A DNA stretch of 40,960 bases from a virus. Lineage: Duplodnaviria; Caudoviricetes. The notes under the pieces are model-generated. The model had not been told where the DNA came from. It saw nothing but the letters and a program-made list of their open reading frames with translations, and did no database searches. Positions 1 to 8,929 of this stretch are shown piece by piece. A program made the translations under genes and the position numbers. The stretch's first letter is position 1; the number at the start of each line of letters is the position of its first letter. The stretch spans positions 1 to 40,960 of the IMG/VR virus record IMGVR_UViG_3300048086_000003; one strand, written 5' to 3'.

Positions 1-232
1 GGTCTCCACTGAACCACGCATCCCTCACGACTCTTTGTCCGTTGACCCGAATGCTCTGACCGTCCTCAGTCTCCAGCAGCACACCTGGGAAGTTCTTCTC
101 GAACTTCAACAACTCGATGACTTTGATCAGTGGCACCGGACCACTTGACACTCGGTCCCTTTTCACTGTCTCGGTCAGGAATGTGAAGCCGTACTCCTCC
201 GGCTTCGCCAGTATTGCGGTGATGTCTGTCAT
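1..232 (-). CDS. Hypothetical protein, 3'-truncated by the window edge
   Basis: ATG at 232 with GGAGA Shine-Dalgarno upstream. Open frame MTDITAILAKPEEYGFTFLTETVKRD... runs off position 1. Not in the ORF track. Confidence 0.75.
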   Translation of the reverse strand, partial: MTDITAILAKPEEYGFTFLTETVKRDRVSSGPVPLIKVIELLKFEKNFPGVLLETEDGQSIRVNGQRVVRDAWFSGD

Positions 233-760
233 GGGTGTTATCTCCATTTCATGGGTTAGCGACGTTGTTGACACGGCACCACCGCCCACGTGTTCCCGTT
301 TTAGTGACCGAATCCGCGCTGGGTGCGCGATACGCTGGTTTGACGAGTCTCCGACAACGGACCTTTTCACCCGTCAGGGATCGTGCGTACCTCGTTCCGG
401 CCCGCTGTTACGCGGATCGTATGTTGCGCCGCGCGTCGCGCGGTCGCACCACAACACGATTGCATGGGCCGTGCCACGGCGTAAGACGTTGCAATGCAAT
501 GGGTTACATATCCGTGGTCACCATTCACTACCGCATAATGCCCGATTTGTCGCATTCTGCGAAAGGGACGACACAGTCGTGACGGTGTCATGTAGCTGTC
601 GCGACAGTGGCGTAACCCCGAAATGGAGTCGCTGACTACGGCGCCCTGTTCTCTACTTTACGCGCAAAGAAAAAACGTTAAAGTGGTGCAACAAAGTGGT
701 CGCGACAAAATCTACGGGAAAAACAGAGGAGATATTGAGACAAGATTCTAAACATATTTA

Positions 761-780
761 CTTGTCCTGGCCTGGACAAG
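761..780. promoter_or_regulatory. Palindromic site 1, CTTGTCC-TGGCCT-GGACAAG
   Basis: Perfect 7-6-7 inverted repeat ending 14 bp upstream of the predicted -35 box; one of six copies. Confidence 0.85.
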
Positions 781-794
781 GGGTGGTGTGGCTA

Positions 795-823
795 TTGCAA
801 GATTGGGATAGATTTGTTATCTT
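795..823 (+). promoter_or_regulatory. Sigma70-type promoter for the late/packaging operon
   Basis: TTGCAA (795-800), 17-bp spacer, TATCTT (818-823) with extended -10 TG at 815-816. Followed by AGGAGG (849-854) and GTG at 866. Confidence 0.65.
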
Positions 824-865
824 GTCGGAGATTTGGGTCAGCGCCTTTAGGAGGGGATATGTAGT

Positions 866-1501
866 GTGGCAAGAACCCGACAAGACATCTTCCGCTCTAT
901 CCAACCAGGACCGCGAGTGCGGATGGCTGCGAGGTTATATGCCTCTGGGGCCGTACCTAGTAAGAGGGAGGCCTGTCGTGCTGTCGGCCTCAATGAGCAC
1001 TACTTGTCCATCCTAAGTTCAGCCGGGAATCCTGAGGTCAACTCGATCTTGGACGAAACAGATCGGGCAATAAAAGACCAGACGGTCGCGTTGTCTAAGG
1101 TCATATCCCTTCTCAGCCGTAAAGCGGCAGGTAGGATGAACGGTCTGATCGACTCTCAGAACGAATACATTGCGCTACGTGCGTCAACAGACCTGCTCGA
1201 CCGCGATCCTCAATCTAGTAAGACAATGAAAGCGCAGATCACGACCTTCAATATGGACGGGAGTGATATTCGCGAACTTGCAAAAGCTCTCGTCGCTGGC
1301 GCAAAGACTAGGGAGAAGTTTGCGGAGGTTGCAGCTGGCGACTTTGTCAAAGTCAATACGGAGGAGACTGTCCATGTCGCGGAAGAAGAGCAGGCGCCAG
1401 TCGACAATCTCGAAAGTCATATCGAAGGCGGCCAAGTCACGCTTCGGCGGATCGACGGCGCCGCCGGAGAGCGGGCGCAGACCGAAGGCGGTGGGGTATG
1501 A
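866..1501 (+). CDS. Probable terminase small subunit
   Basis: N-terminal HTH-like segment (PSKREACRAVGLNEHYLS), helical middle, strong SD, position upstream of TerL. Confidence 0.6.
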   Translation: MARTRQDIFRSIQPGPRVRMAARLYASGAVPSKREACRAVGLNEHYLSILSSAGNPEVNSILDETDRAIKDQTVALSKVISLLSRKAAGRMNGLIDSQNEYIALRASTDLLDRDPQSSKTMKAQITTFNMDGSDIRELAKALVAGAKTREKFAEVAAGDFVKVNTEETVHVAEEEQAPVDNLESHIEGGQVTLRRIDGAAGERAQTEGGGV

Positions 1502-1611
1502 GAAGTCCAAGGCGTAGGATCTATAAGGAGATCTTGAGCCGCGGTAGTCGCGGAACGAAGCTCAAGGTCCCGAAGACGTCTGTGCTTAAGAAGGGACGCC
1601 GTCGTCGGTGA
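1498..1611 (+). CDS. 37-aa highly basic peptide
   Basis: MRSPRRRIYKEILSRGSRGTKLKVPKTSVLKKGRRRR. ATGA overlap with the upstream stop and GTGA overlap with the TerL start. Confidence 0.7.
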   Translation: MRSPRRRIYKEILSRGSRGTKLKVPKTSVLKKGRRRR

Positions 1612-3236
1612 TACAGCCACCGAGAGATCTGCCACGTCTGGACGACTCCATTGTACGGGAGCCAGAGGACATCAGACGCGACGTCGCGGAGGCCGCAACG
1701 CGCAATTTGTACGTCTTCGCTACGGGCGTGTTAGGGTACAAGGACCTAACTGAGACCTGTCACGGTCCGCTATGCGCTTGGTTAGACGGCAATCCGTCTC
1801 GGTACAAGCTGGTGCTCCACCCTCGTGGCACGTTCAAGACCACAATCAACATCGCTCGGGTGATGCAGAAGTTCTGCCAGGATCAGGAGAATCGGATTCT
1901 ACTCGCAAACGAGACTGCTACCAACGCGCAGCGGTTCCTCTCCATCATCAGGCAGCACGCCGAAGGCAACAGGCGTTTCAGAGCGCTGTACTCGCATTTG
2001 ATCCCAGCTGACAGCAAGCGTTGGTCTCAGGAAGAGCTGCTCTTCCTTCGCAGGGGCGTCTACGCCGAGCCGACAGTCGACTCGATCGGTATGACTGGCG
2101 CTAGCACGTCTCGTCACTATACCCACATGACGTTTGACGACTTGGTGTCGGAGGAAGCCGCTAAGTCCCGTCTCGTCATGGACGATACGATTAACCGCTT
2201 CGCGAAGATCCATTCGCTAATGGTCAATCCGGAGACGGACACCTTCGATCTCGTCGGAACCAGGTGGGCCTTCTACGACGTGTACTCGTATGCTATGGCG
2301 AGGTTTGGTAAAGACCTGGCGCGGTATATCCGTGGAGCGATCGAGGACGGCGAAGCGATCTTCCCAGAGCGGTTGAGTCTAACTAAGCTCGCTGAGATAC
2401 GCAGCGATCCGATCTTGGGAGGGGAATACAACTTCTCTTGTCAGTATATGAACAACCCACGCAATGTGCAGTTGCAGGACTTCAACGTCCAGGACTTGAA
2501 GTTCTGGCGCTGGGGAGCGGACGAGGAGTCGGTCGTTCTGTTCAGCCGTGAGGGAGAAGTTGATAAGGTCGTTGAGCTGAAAGACCTCGATGTAACGACA
2601 ACTGTCGACGTTCGGTACGGAGACAAGACCAGTAGCGATCGAGATGCAGTAGTAACTGTCGGGACGACTGACGAGGGCGACGCTATCGTCCTCGAAAGCT
2701 GGAGCAAGCGCAGTAACCCACTCGAAGTCGTAGCGCACCTCATCTATCTCATCCGCCGTTACCATCCTCGCGCCTTCGGTATACAGAAGGTCGGGTATGA
2801 GATGTCACTCAAATACCACCTCCAAGCGGAGTGCGAGCGTGAAGGACTCTACGCTTATGTTGTTCCAGTTAAACCTGGCGGGCCCGGTAAACCCCACGTC
2901 CGCGGCTTGCAGCCAGTGGCCGCTACGGGACATCTCTACATACTTCCTACCCAACACGGCTTGCGCACTCAGTTGTCAGAATACCCTCTTGGACGGTACG
3001 ACGACGAAGCAGACGCCCTCGGACTTCAGACACAACTGTGGCGGGGTTTACTGAGCCCGGAGCGAGTCAGGCGGTACAAGGAGTCTGAGGCACGTATCCT
3101 TCGACGCATAGGGAACTCCCGATTCAGCCCTGCGGATGCCGCAGACATGAGCCCGAGCGATCTGGAAGACATCGGCTACGACCCAGAGGAGGGACGCTAT
3201 GGGGACTTCAAAGAGGTTGAACTTCCGTGGCGGTAA
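1608..3236 (+). CDS. terL: Terminase large subunit
   Basis: Walker A-like PRGTFKTT, Walker B HMTFDD, motif III VGTRW, FSCQYMNNP linker, C-terminal nuclease motif DDEADA. Confidence 0.95.
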   Translation: MIQPPRDLPRLDDSIVREPEDIRRDVAEAATRNLYVFATGVLGYKDLTETCHGPLCAWLDGNPSRYKLVLHPRGTFKTTINIARVMQKFCQDQENRILLANETATNAQRFLSIIRQHAEGNRRFRALYSHLIPADSKRWSQEELLFLRRGVYAEPTVDSIGMTGASTSRHYTHMTFDDLVSEEAAKSRLVMDDTINRFAKIHSLMVNPETDTFDLVGTRWAFYDVYSYAMARFGKDLARYIRGAIEDGEAIFPERLSLTKLAEIRSDPILGGEYNFSCQYMNNPRNVQLQDFNVQDLKFWRWGADEESVVLFSREGEVDKVVELKDLDVTTTVDVRYGDKTSSDRDAVVTVGTTDEGDAIVLESWSKRSNPLEVVAHLIYLIRRYHPRAFGIQKVGYEMSLKYHLQAECEREGLYAYVVPVKPGGPGKPHVRGLQPVAATGHLYILPTQHGLRTQLSEYPLGRYDDEADALGLQTQLWRGLLSPERVRRYKESEARILRRIGNSRFSPADAADMSPSDLEDIGYDPEEGRYGDFKEVELPWR

Positions 3237-3589
3237 TATACCCTTGTCCGGAGCTGGACAAGTTGCGACCAGCCGAGCTCGTTATTGCCCAAATGAAGAG
3301 CCTCTTGATGAGGAGGAAGGTTGGGAAGATGACGAGGTGCGTGTTCCTGGATGCGTGGCGGAGACTGAGGATTGAACTCAATGCAACGCCAGAGTACCAA
3401 CAGTTCCGACTGGCTGTCTTGGTTCGAGACGGTTACAGGTGTGTGGACTGCGGTAGCATTTCTCGCACCGTTCATCATAGTCGTAGAGTTGCTCTTCATC
3501 CTGATCTTGCTCTGGAACCAAGCAACGGCGAAGTGATTTGTACCAAGTGCCACAAGGCGAAGCATAAGTGCCTAAGGATAGCATCGTGA
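3227..3589 (+). CDS. HNH endonuclease
   Basis: RDGYRCVDC...VHH...SNGEVICTKCH...H pattern; adjacent to the terminase. Confidence 0.9.
   Translation: MAVIYPCPELDKLRPAELVIAQMKSLLMRRKVGKMTRCVFLDAWRRLRIELNATPEYQQFRLAVLVRDGYRCVDCGSISRTVHHSRRVALHPDLALEPSNGEVICTKCHKAKHKCLRIAS
3243..3262. promoter_or_regulatory. Palindromic site 2, CTTGTCC-GGAGCT-GGACAAG
   Basis: Perfect copy inside the 5' end of the HNH gene. Confidence 0.8.
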
Positions 3590-3605
3590 ACAAGGCGAGG
3601 CCCTG

Positions 3606-3764
3606 ATGCCACTCAAGGGGTCAGTATCCCAGCGAATCCGGGAGTTTCACAAGGGGGCGACGTACGCGCGCACAAAATCTAAGTTTGGTAAGGACCGAGC
3701 TGACGCGCAGGCGATAAAGGCAGCGTACGCATCTAAGCGGAGGAAGAAACGTGGCAGGCATTAG
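3606..3764 (+). CDS. 52-aa basic protein
   Basis: MPLKGSVSQRIREFHKGATYARTKSKFGKDRADAQAIKAAYASKRRKKRGRH. GAGG SD; fills the gap between HNH and the next ORF. Not in the ORF track. Confidence 0.8.
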   Translation: MPLKGSVSQRIREFHKGATYARTKSKFGKDRADAQAIKAAYASKRRKKRGRH

Positions 3765-3939
3765 CACAACTGCGGCGCAGCCAAAGCACAACGACTATCT
3801 GTTGTTACAGAAGATAGCCGACGCCTTCGGTAGGCTCGAAGAGCTGACGCCTCTATCAGTGATGATGCGCAAGTCGGCTTCAGACCAGGTGTACAAGTAC
3901 CTGCCGCTTCACCTTTACAAGCTGGTGGGTGAAAAGTGA
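3751..3939 (+). CDS. Hypothetical protein
   Basis: GGAGG SD; GTGA coupling to the portal start. Confidence 0.6.
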   Translation: MAGISTTAAQPKHNDYLLLQKIADAFGRLEELTPLSVMMRKSASDQVYKYLPLHLYKLVGEK

Positions 3940-6047
3940 GCGTACCGCTTCCGCCGTCTGATATGGAGTTCCGATACGGCTTGCCAAAGCCTGGCGGGTC
4001 AGCGGAAATAGACGATCGAGGCAAGGTCACTGAGCATGACGCTCCTGACTCCGAAAAGACTCCTGCCCGAGCTAGGGGCGAACTGCCGCCGGCGATATTG
4101 GCTATCTCTGAGGATACTGAGACTCGGCTACAGATGTGGCTCGATCAGTGGATAGACGATCTTGAGTCGACATTCTCGGACCTTCAGAACGACTGGGCTA
4201 ATCATGAGATAGCGTACCGCGCTAGGGCTCCGGAAACACTCTCCTTCGAGCCATTCAAAGGCGCTAGCCGTGATGTCGTACCAGTTGGCGCTATGCACGT
4301 CGATCCTATACATGCTCGTCTGGACATTGGGATCTTCAAGCAAGATCCTGTTTTCAGTTTTAAGGGGCTCCGCAAGGATGTTGTTCCTCTGATGCCTGCT
4401 GTGCAGGCGTTTGTCGATAAGTATCAAAAGAGCTACCTCAAGCTTCGCAAAGTCGCCTCACCCCGCCTCCTCGAATGTACTAAACTCGGCACGATGGTTT
4501 TTAAGGTTGTCTACGATCGAGACGAGTTTCAGGTACTTCGCTATAGTTCCGACTTCAAGGAAATCCGACGAGTTCCGCAAGTACGCTTTGCAGGCCCGAG
4601 AGTCATCGGTCTTCACTTAGGCGACGTCATGTTCCCGCCGTTCTATGAGGACCCGAATGACTGCCCGATCATTCTTGAGCGTCAGCGGACGACTTACGAG
4701 AAGCTGAAAGAACTTGAGGCTAGCGGCAAACTCGCCAATGTCGAGAAAGTCAAAAGTCAGACGAAGATCGGCGAGCGGACTAAGGTCGAGGACGCTCGTG
4801 AGCAGACGGGTAAGCACGCTCTGCGAAGCATGTACAGTAATGAAATTAAGGTATATGAAATCTGGTGCGATTTCAGTCTTGATCCACAGAAGCGCACGCC
4901 AGATCGTCTCATTATCACTTATGAGCGCAATACTCGAACGTTCCTACAGCTTCGGCTAAACTGGTACTTTCATCAGCGTAAGCCGTTCGTTATCATCCCG
5001 TTCACGATTACGAACGACTCGATGCTTGGCTTAGGTGTCATGGAGATGGTGAAGCCTATCCAGGACGCTATTACAGCCTGGCAGCGCATGGCTCAGGATA
5101 ATGCCTACTTAGCAAACATTCGTATGTTCATTGCTAAGAAGAACTCAGGTATTGAGCAGGTGCCAAGGCTGTATTCGGGTAAGACGTTCTTTGTAGACGA
5201 TCCGACGAAGGATTTCATTCCCTTCGCATCGTTCGATATCTATCCATCCACGCTCGCGGAGCGGCAGAATCTTTTTGGTCTAGCGGAAAAGAGGACAGGT
5301 GTTAGTGATTACCTCCAAGGTCGTGAGTCACCGATCATTGGTACGAGAGCTACGGCTACAGCTACTCTGGCACTCATCAAGGAAGGTACGCAACGCGTCG
5401 AGGAGATTCTTGAGAATGTCCGTGCTGGCTTCGAAGAGATTATCATGTTGTGTATCTCGGTCTGGATTCAGTACGGAACTGGTGGTCTTGAGGACTTGCT
5501 CTTTGATGATGACGAGATATCCAACAACGTCAAGAAGTTCTTCGCTCTGCTGTCCGAGGAGAACGTTAACGGTGCGTTTGCGGTTGATCTGACCGTTACC
5601 GACGCTTCAACGAATCGACAGGCACAACAGCAGATGCAGCTATCGTTGATTCAGGTGATGATGCAGTACCTGGAGAAGGTGATTCAGTTAGGGGCCGACG
5701 CGCTTATGGCCTCCGCTCAGGGCATGCCGCAGTATGCAGAGATGGCGAAAGACGTAATGAGCGCAGCTCGGGCGATGTTTAAGGATCTAATTCAGAAGTA
5801 TGACATCCGCAACTGGGAGGAGTACCTCCCCGACTTGGAGAAATATCTTGGACAAGCACCTGGACAGACTCCCGCTACCGGACAAAGCAACGGCGGAGGT
5901 ACTCAAGGACAGTCTGGTGGATCTCAAGGACAACCCAGCATACCTGGTGGTACTGGACCAGCTCGAAGCCCGACGCCAACGAGACCTGCGACTCCTGGCC
6001 AGGGAGGAGGACACCCCGTCCTTTCGGAAGCTTCAAGGGCGGGTTGA
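3936..6047 (+). CDS. Portal protein (P22-like)
   Basis: 703 aa, position after terminase, characteristic segments QDNAYLAN and EKRTGVSDYLQG...TATA, Gln/Gly/Pro-rich tail. Confidence 0.9.
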   Translation: MSVPLPPSDMEFRYGLPKPGGSAEIDDRGKVTEHDAPDSEKTPARARGELPPAILAISEDTETRLQMWLDQWIDDLESTFSDLQNDWANHEIAYRARAPETLSFEPFKGASRDVVPVGAMHVDPIHARLDIGIFKQDPVFSFKGLRKDVVPLMPAVQAFVDKYQKSYLKLRKVASPRLLECTKLGTMVFKVVYDRDEFQVLRYSSDFKEIRRVPQVRFAGPRVIGLHLGDVMFPPFYEDPNDCPIILERQRTTYEKLKELEASGKLANVEKVKSQTKIGERTKVEDAREQTGKHALRSMYSNEIKVYEIWCDFSLDPQKRTPDRLIITYERNTRTFLQLRLNWYFHQRKPFVIIPFTITNDSMLGLGVMEMVKPIQDAITAWQRMAQDNAYLANIRMFIAKKNSGIEQVPRLYSGKTFFVDDPTKDFIPFASFDIYPSTLAERQNLFGLAEKRTGVSDYLQGRESPIIGTRATATATLALIKEGTQRVEEILENVRAGFEEIIMLCISVWIQYGTGGLEDLLFDDDEISNNVKKFFALLSEENVNGAFAVDLTVTDASTNRQAQQQMQLSLIQVMMQYLEKVIQLGADALMASAQGMPQYAEMAKDVMSAARAMFKDLIQKYDIRNWEEYLPDLEKYLGQAPGQTPATGQSNGGGTQGQSGGSQGQPSIPGGTGPARSPTPTRPATPGQGGGHPVLSEASRAG

Positions 6048-6129
6048 GGCGTTGGAAGAAGCGATAGGGATAGTGCCTGAAATATTACGGGAGATTAACG
6101 AGACTAACCTTCCAGAGGAGATCGTCTGA
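5848..6129 (+). CDS. Small helical protein overlapping the portal C-terminus
   Basis: TTG at 5848 preceded by GGAG (5837-5840). Amphipathic helices with RKLQGRVEALEE; TGATG coupling to the scaffold gene. Confidence 0.7.
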   Translation: MDKHLDRLPLPDKATAEVLKDSLVDLKDNPAYLVVLDQLEARRQRDLRLLAREEDTPSFRKLQGRVEALEEAIGIVPEILREINETNLPEEIV

Positions 6130-6983
6130 TGGCTACGAGTGCTGTTCCGGGGACTGAAGGGACTGATCGCGAGGTCATCCAACAGTCGCTGAGCGAAGAA
6201 GTTTACCTTGAGGATGTAGATAAGCAGCTCAAGACTAAAGCGGTTGCAGATAAAGCAGCTGCCGACGACGCTGAGCTCAAGCGCAAGGCCGAGGCTGAGG
6301 CCAAGGCCCGAGCGGAAGCACAAGCGGCGCTGCCGGAGGATCCAAGAGTCAAGGCTCTTGCGGACGCGCTGAGGATTAGTGAGGAAGCCCGGCTGCGGCA
6401 GAAGGCACTGGCGGATCAGATTCGTGAACCTCCTCCTGCGGATGCTCCAAAGGAGTTGACTTCAGAAGAGCTGAAGAAGCTTTGGGACGAGAATCCAATG
6501 GCGGCTATTGAGCAGATGCTAGATCGGCGAGACAAGGTTCTCGCTAAGAGCCTCGATACCCGTCTTGGTACGCTTGCCCAGAGCACGGCGTCCAGTGCTC
6601 GTGAGTCGGCTGAGCGAAAGTATCCAGATGAATTCAAAACCCTCGCGAAGGAGATTGACGAAACGATAGCGGAGTTGAGGAATCCCAATCTCACTTCCAT
6701 GAAGAACTGGGATGACTTCATTGCCTACGTACGTGGCAAGAACTTCGAGAAAGTCGTCAAGGCTCGTGAGGATCGGTTGAAGGAGGAGGCGGCGTCGGCT
6801 GCGAGGACGAGTCAAGCAGCTTCTGCTGGCGCTCATGCAGGATCACAGATTCGGCCGTCACCGACGGCAGCAGGCGGTGAGCTGGACGATGTGGAGAAGG
6901 AAATTGCGCGTGCGATGAATCCTGGAATGCCTGCCGAGGATGCGTACGCCGAACATCGCAAGTGGAAAGGAGTAGCGAGGTAA
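6129..6983 (+). CDS. Capsid scaffolding protein
   Basis: Ala/Glu/Lys-rich coiled coil with a short C-terminal helical hairpin (LDDVEKEIARAM...YAEHRK); lies between portal and capsid. Confidence 0.75.
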   Translation: MATSAVPGTEGTDREVIQQSLSEEVYLEDVDKQLKTKAVADKAAADDAELKRKAEAEAKARAEAQAALPEDPRVKALADALRISEEARLRQKALADQIREPPPADAPKELTSEELKKLWDENPMAAIEQMLDRRDKVLAKSLDTRLGTLAQSTASSARESAERKYPDEFKTLAKEIDETIAELRNPNLTSMKNWDDFIAYVRGKNFEKVVKAREDRLKEEAASAARTSQAASAGAHAGSQIRPSPTAAGGELDDVEKEIARAMNPGMPAEDAYAEHRKWKGVAR

Positions 6984-7471
6984 TGGTTGATAACGAGAAG
7001 GAACCGGCGCAGCCGACCACGAAGTCCGATGTGAAGGCGGCGCTTAAGAATCTCACGGAGAAGCTGAATCGTCAGGAGGGGCAGAAGCGTTCAGGCGCTA
7101 AGTCGCGCTCGCCAAAGCAGCGCATGCTCGATGCGAGAGCGATCGAGGAGAAGGATCCTGAACACTACTACCGCTATGAGAACACTGACGACCCAGGCAA
7201 GATGCAGGTCCAGATCGACTCAGGTTTCGAAGCAGTACCAGAGAAGGAATGCGAGGACGCTGGTGTTAGGTCTCAGGTAGGTGAGCTTCGTCTCATTCGC
7301 CAGCCGATAGAGGATCATGAAGCAGACGTACGTGCAGCAAAAGAGTTGAATAAACGTCGTCTTGAGGCTCACAAGACCGAGGTGTATGAAGCAGCCGAAT
7401 CAGTCCAGAAAGAGCTTAAGGATCGGTACGGTATGGACGTTCCGTTGAATCGGCTGCTGGTGGACGAGTAG
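6983..7471 (+). CDS. Head-module hypothetical protein
   Basis: TAATG coupling and GAGG SD favour ATG 6983 over the ORF-track start. Confidence 0.7.
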   Translation: MVDNEKEPAQPTTKSDVKAALKNLTEKLNRQEGQKRSGAKSRSPKQRMLDARAIEEKDPEHYYRYENTDDPGKMQVQIDSGFEAVPEKECEDAGVRSQVGELRLIRQPIEDHEADVRAAKELNKRRLEAHKTEVYEAAESVQKELKDRYGMDVPLNRLLVDE

Positions 7472-7483
7472 CGAGGAGGAAGT

Positions 7484-7975
7484 GTGGCTAGCCAATTTCC
7501 ACCCTTCATCGCTCACTCTCAGATAATCGAGGAACCGAGGGTTTACGAGGCGACGTTCCTAAGCTCGGATGCGTCGCAGCCTTTCGAGTTCGTGTTTTTC
7601 GACACGGCTGATAACAACGTGAAGACGTGTGGAGCCGATCCAGCTCTGGTTTTGGGGCTATTACTCGGCAACGCTCCAGCTTCAGTGTTGAGTCAGAAGC
7701 CTCAGCCGTACGCACCGAACAAGGCCCCGGTTGCAGTCCTCACAGCGGACGTAGTGATTGGTCTTAGCAGCACCACGACACCATCACTCGCGTTCGTAAC
7801 GAGAGCGGGCGGGTTGACGAAGGTCACGGTCGGCGGGAAGAACTTCTGGCAGTGTGATACGTCGAAGACGGCGGGCACTTCTAGATTTATCATCATCGAC
7901 GTTGATATCCCCAACGGGATTTTCTTCGTCCGCTTCAAGCCGGCAAACCTGCAGGGTCAGGCAGTCGTCAGCTAA
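7484..7975 (+). CDS. Probable capsid decoration/cement protein
   Basis: Beta-rich 163 aa immediately upstream of the MCP; AGGAGG SD. Confidence 0.55.
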   Translation: MASQFPPFIAHSQIIEEPRVYEATFLSSDASQPFEFVFFDTADNNVKTCGADPALVLGLLLGNAPASVLSQKPQPYAPNKAPVAVLTADVVIGLSSTTTPSLAFVTRAGGLTKVTVGGKNFWQCDTSKTAGTSRFIIIDVDIPNGIFFVRFKPANLQGQAVVS

Positions 7976-7994
7976 CTAGGAAAGGAGCTACAAG

Positions 7995-8888
7995 ATGGTC
8001 ATGGTACGTGGCGCCTTTTCGAACTTACTGGCGCCTGGATTTAGGAAGATCGTCTTCGAGACGTACAAGGAACGGCCGACCGAAGGCGATAGGTGGATCA
8101 ACATGAATAAGTCACAGCGGGCGTATGAGGAAGACTTCCCCATCGCCGGCTTTGGCACACTGTTGACCAAGCCTGAAGGTGGCCCAGTAACGTATCAGGA
8201 CGCGATTCAAGGCGTACTGAAGCGCTACATTTGGACCACGTTCGGCCTCGGCTTCAGGATCACCGAGGAGATGATGGAAGATGATCTGTACGGCATTATG
8301 GGAGCGAAGATGTCCAAGGCTCTCGGCCGTTCAGCGAGGAACAACTTCGAGGTTGTTTCACATGCGGTACTGAACAGTGCGTTCGATACGGCAGTGAACG
8401 GCTTCGAGTCTGGCGTGTCACTGTGCAGTACATCGCACTTGACGATGCGTGGCCAGACGCAGACAAACCGTCCGGCGACGGACACGGGAATCTCGTTGCC
8501 CGCTGTGCAGGCCGCAATTGAGGCCTTCCATGCGCTCAACGACGAATCTGGCCTACCGGCCATGTTCATCCCAAAGCATGTTGTCTACAACCCGGCCGAT
8601 CACTGGATCGTCAATCAGATCCTAAAGTCGGAGAAGCTGCCAGGCGGGAATCAGAACGACATCAATCAGCTGAATCGTGAGGGGCTCACGCCCATGCTGT
8701 CGCATTATCTCACGATCGGCACGAGCTGGTATATCCTCGCGGACAATCACGATCTGAATTACTTCGATCGTCGTCCGCCGAGACTTACGAACACTGACGA
8801 CTTTGAGACGGGTGACGCAAAGTTCAAGCTCACCCGCCGCAACGGCGCGGGGTTTGGAGACTGGCGCGGCATCTACGCGTCGCAGTAG
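7995..8888 (+). CDS. Major capsid protein (Mu gpT-like, HK97 fold)
   Basis: LLAPG...SQRAYEED...GFG...KPEGG...TFGLGFRITEEMMEDDLY...DFETGDAKFK...GFGDWRGIY; AAGGAG SD. Confidence 0.92.
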   Translation: MVMVRGAFSNLLAPGFRKIVFETYKERPTEGDRWINMNKSQRAYEEDFPIAGFGTLLTKPEGGPVTYQDAIQGVLKRYIWTTFGLGFRITEEMMEDDLYGIMGAKMSKALGRSARNNFEVVSHAVLNSAFDTAVNGFESGVSLCSTSHLTMRGQTQTNRPATDTGISLPAVQAAIEAFHALNDESGLPAMFIPKHVVYNPADHWIVNQILKSEKLPGGNQNDINQLNREGLTPMLSHYLTIGTSWYILADNHDLNYFDRRPPRLTNTDDFETGDAKFKLTRRNGAGFGDWRGIYASQ

Positions 8889-8890
8889 CG

Positions 8891-8920
8891 AGGAGGCTTG
8901 GGGGACTCCGGTCCCCTAAG
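8891..8920 (+). promoter_or_regulatory. AGGAGG followed by a 10-bp hairpin with UCCG tetraloop
   Basis: CTTGGGGGAC-TCCG-GTCCCCTAAG (8897-8920), with only a weak T tract after it. Confidence 0.65.
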
Positions 8921-8929
8921 TTCTAACTC

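Noticed and set aside
268-273. Perfect TTGACA hexamer
   Set aside because: No plausible -10 element 16-18 bp downstream.
117-1016. ORF-track entries 117-635, 235-582, 367-591 and 696-1016
   Set aside because: No SD or recognisable motifs. They overlap a better minus-strand gene, the promoter region or TerS.
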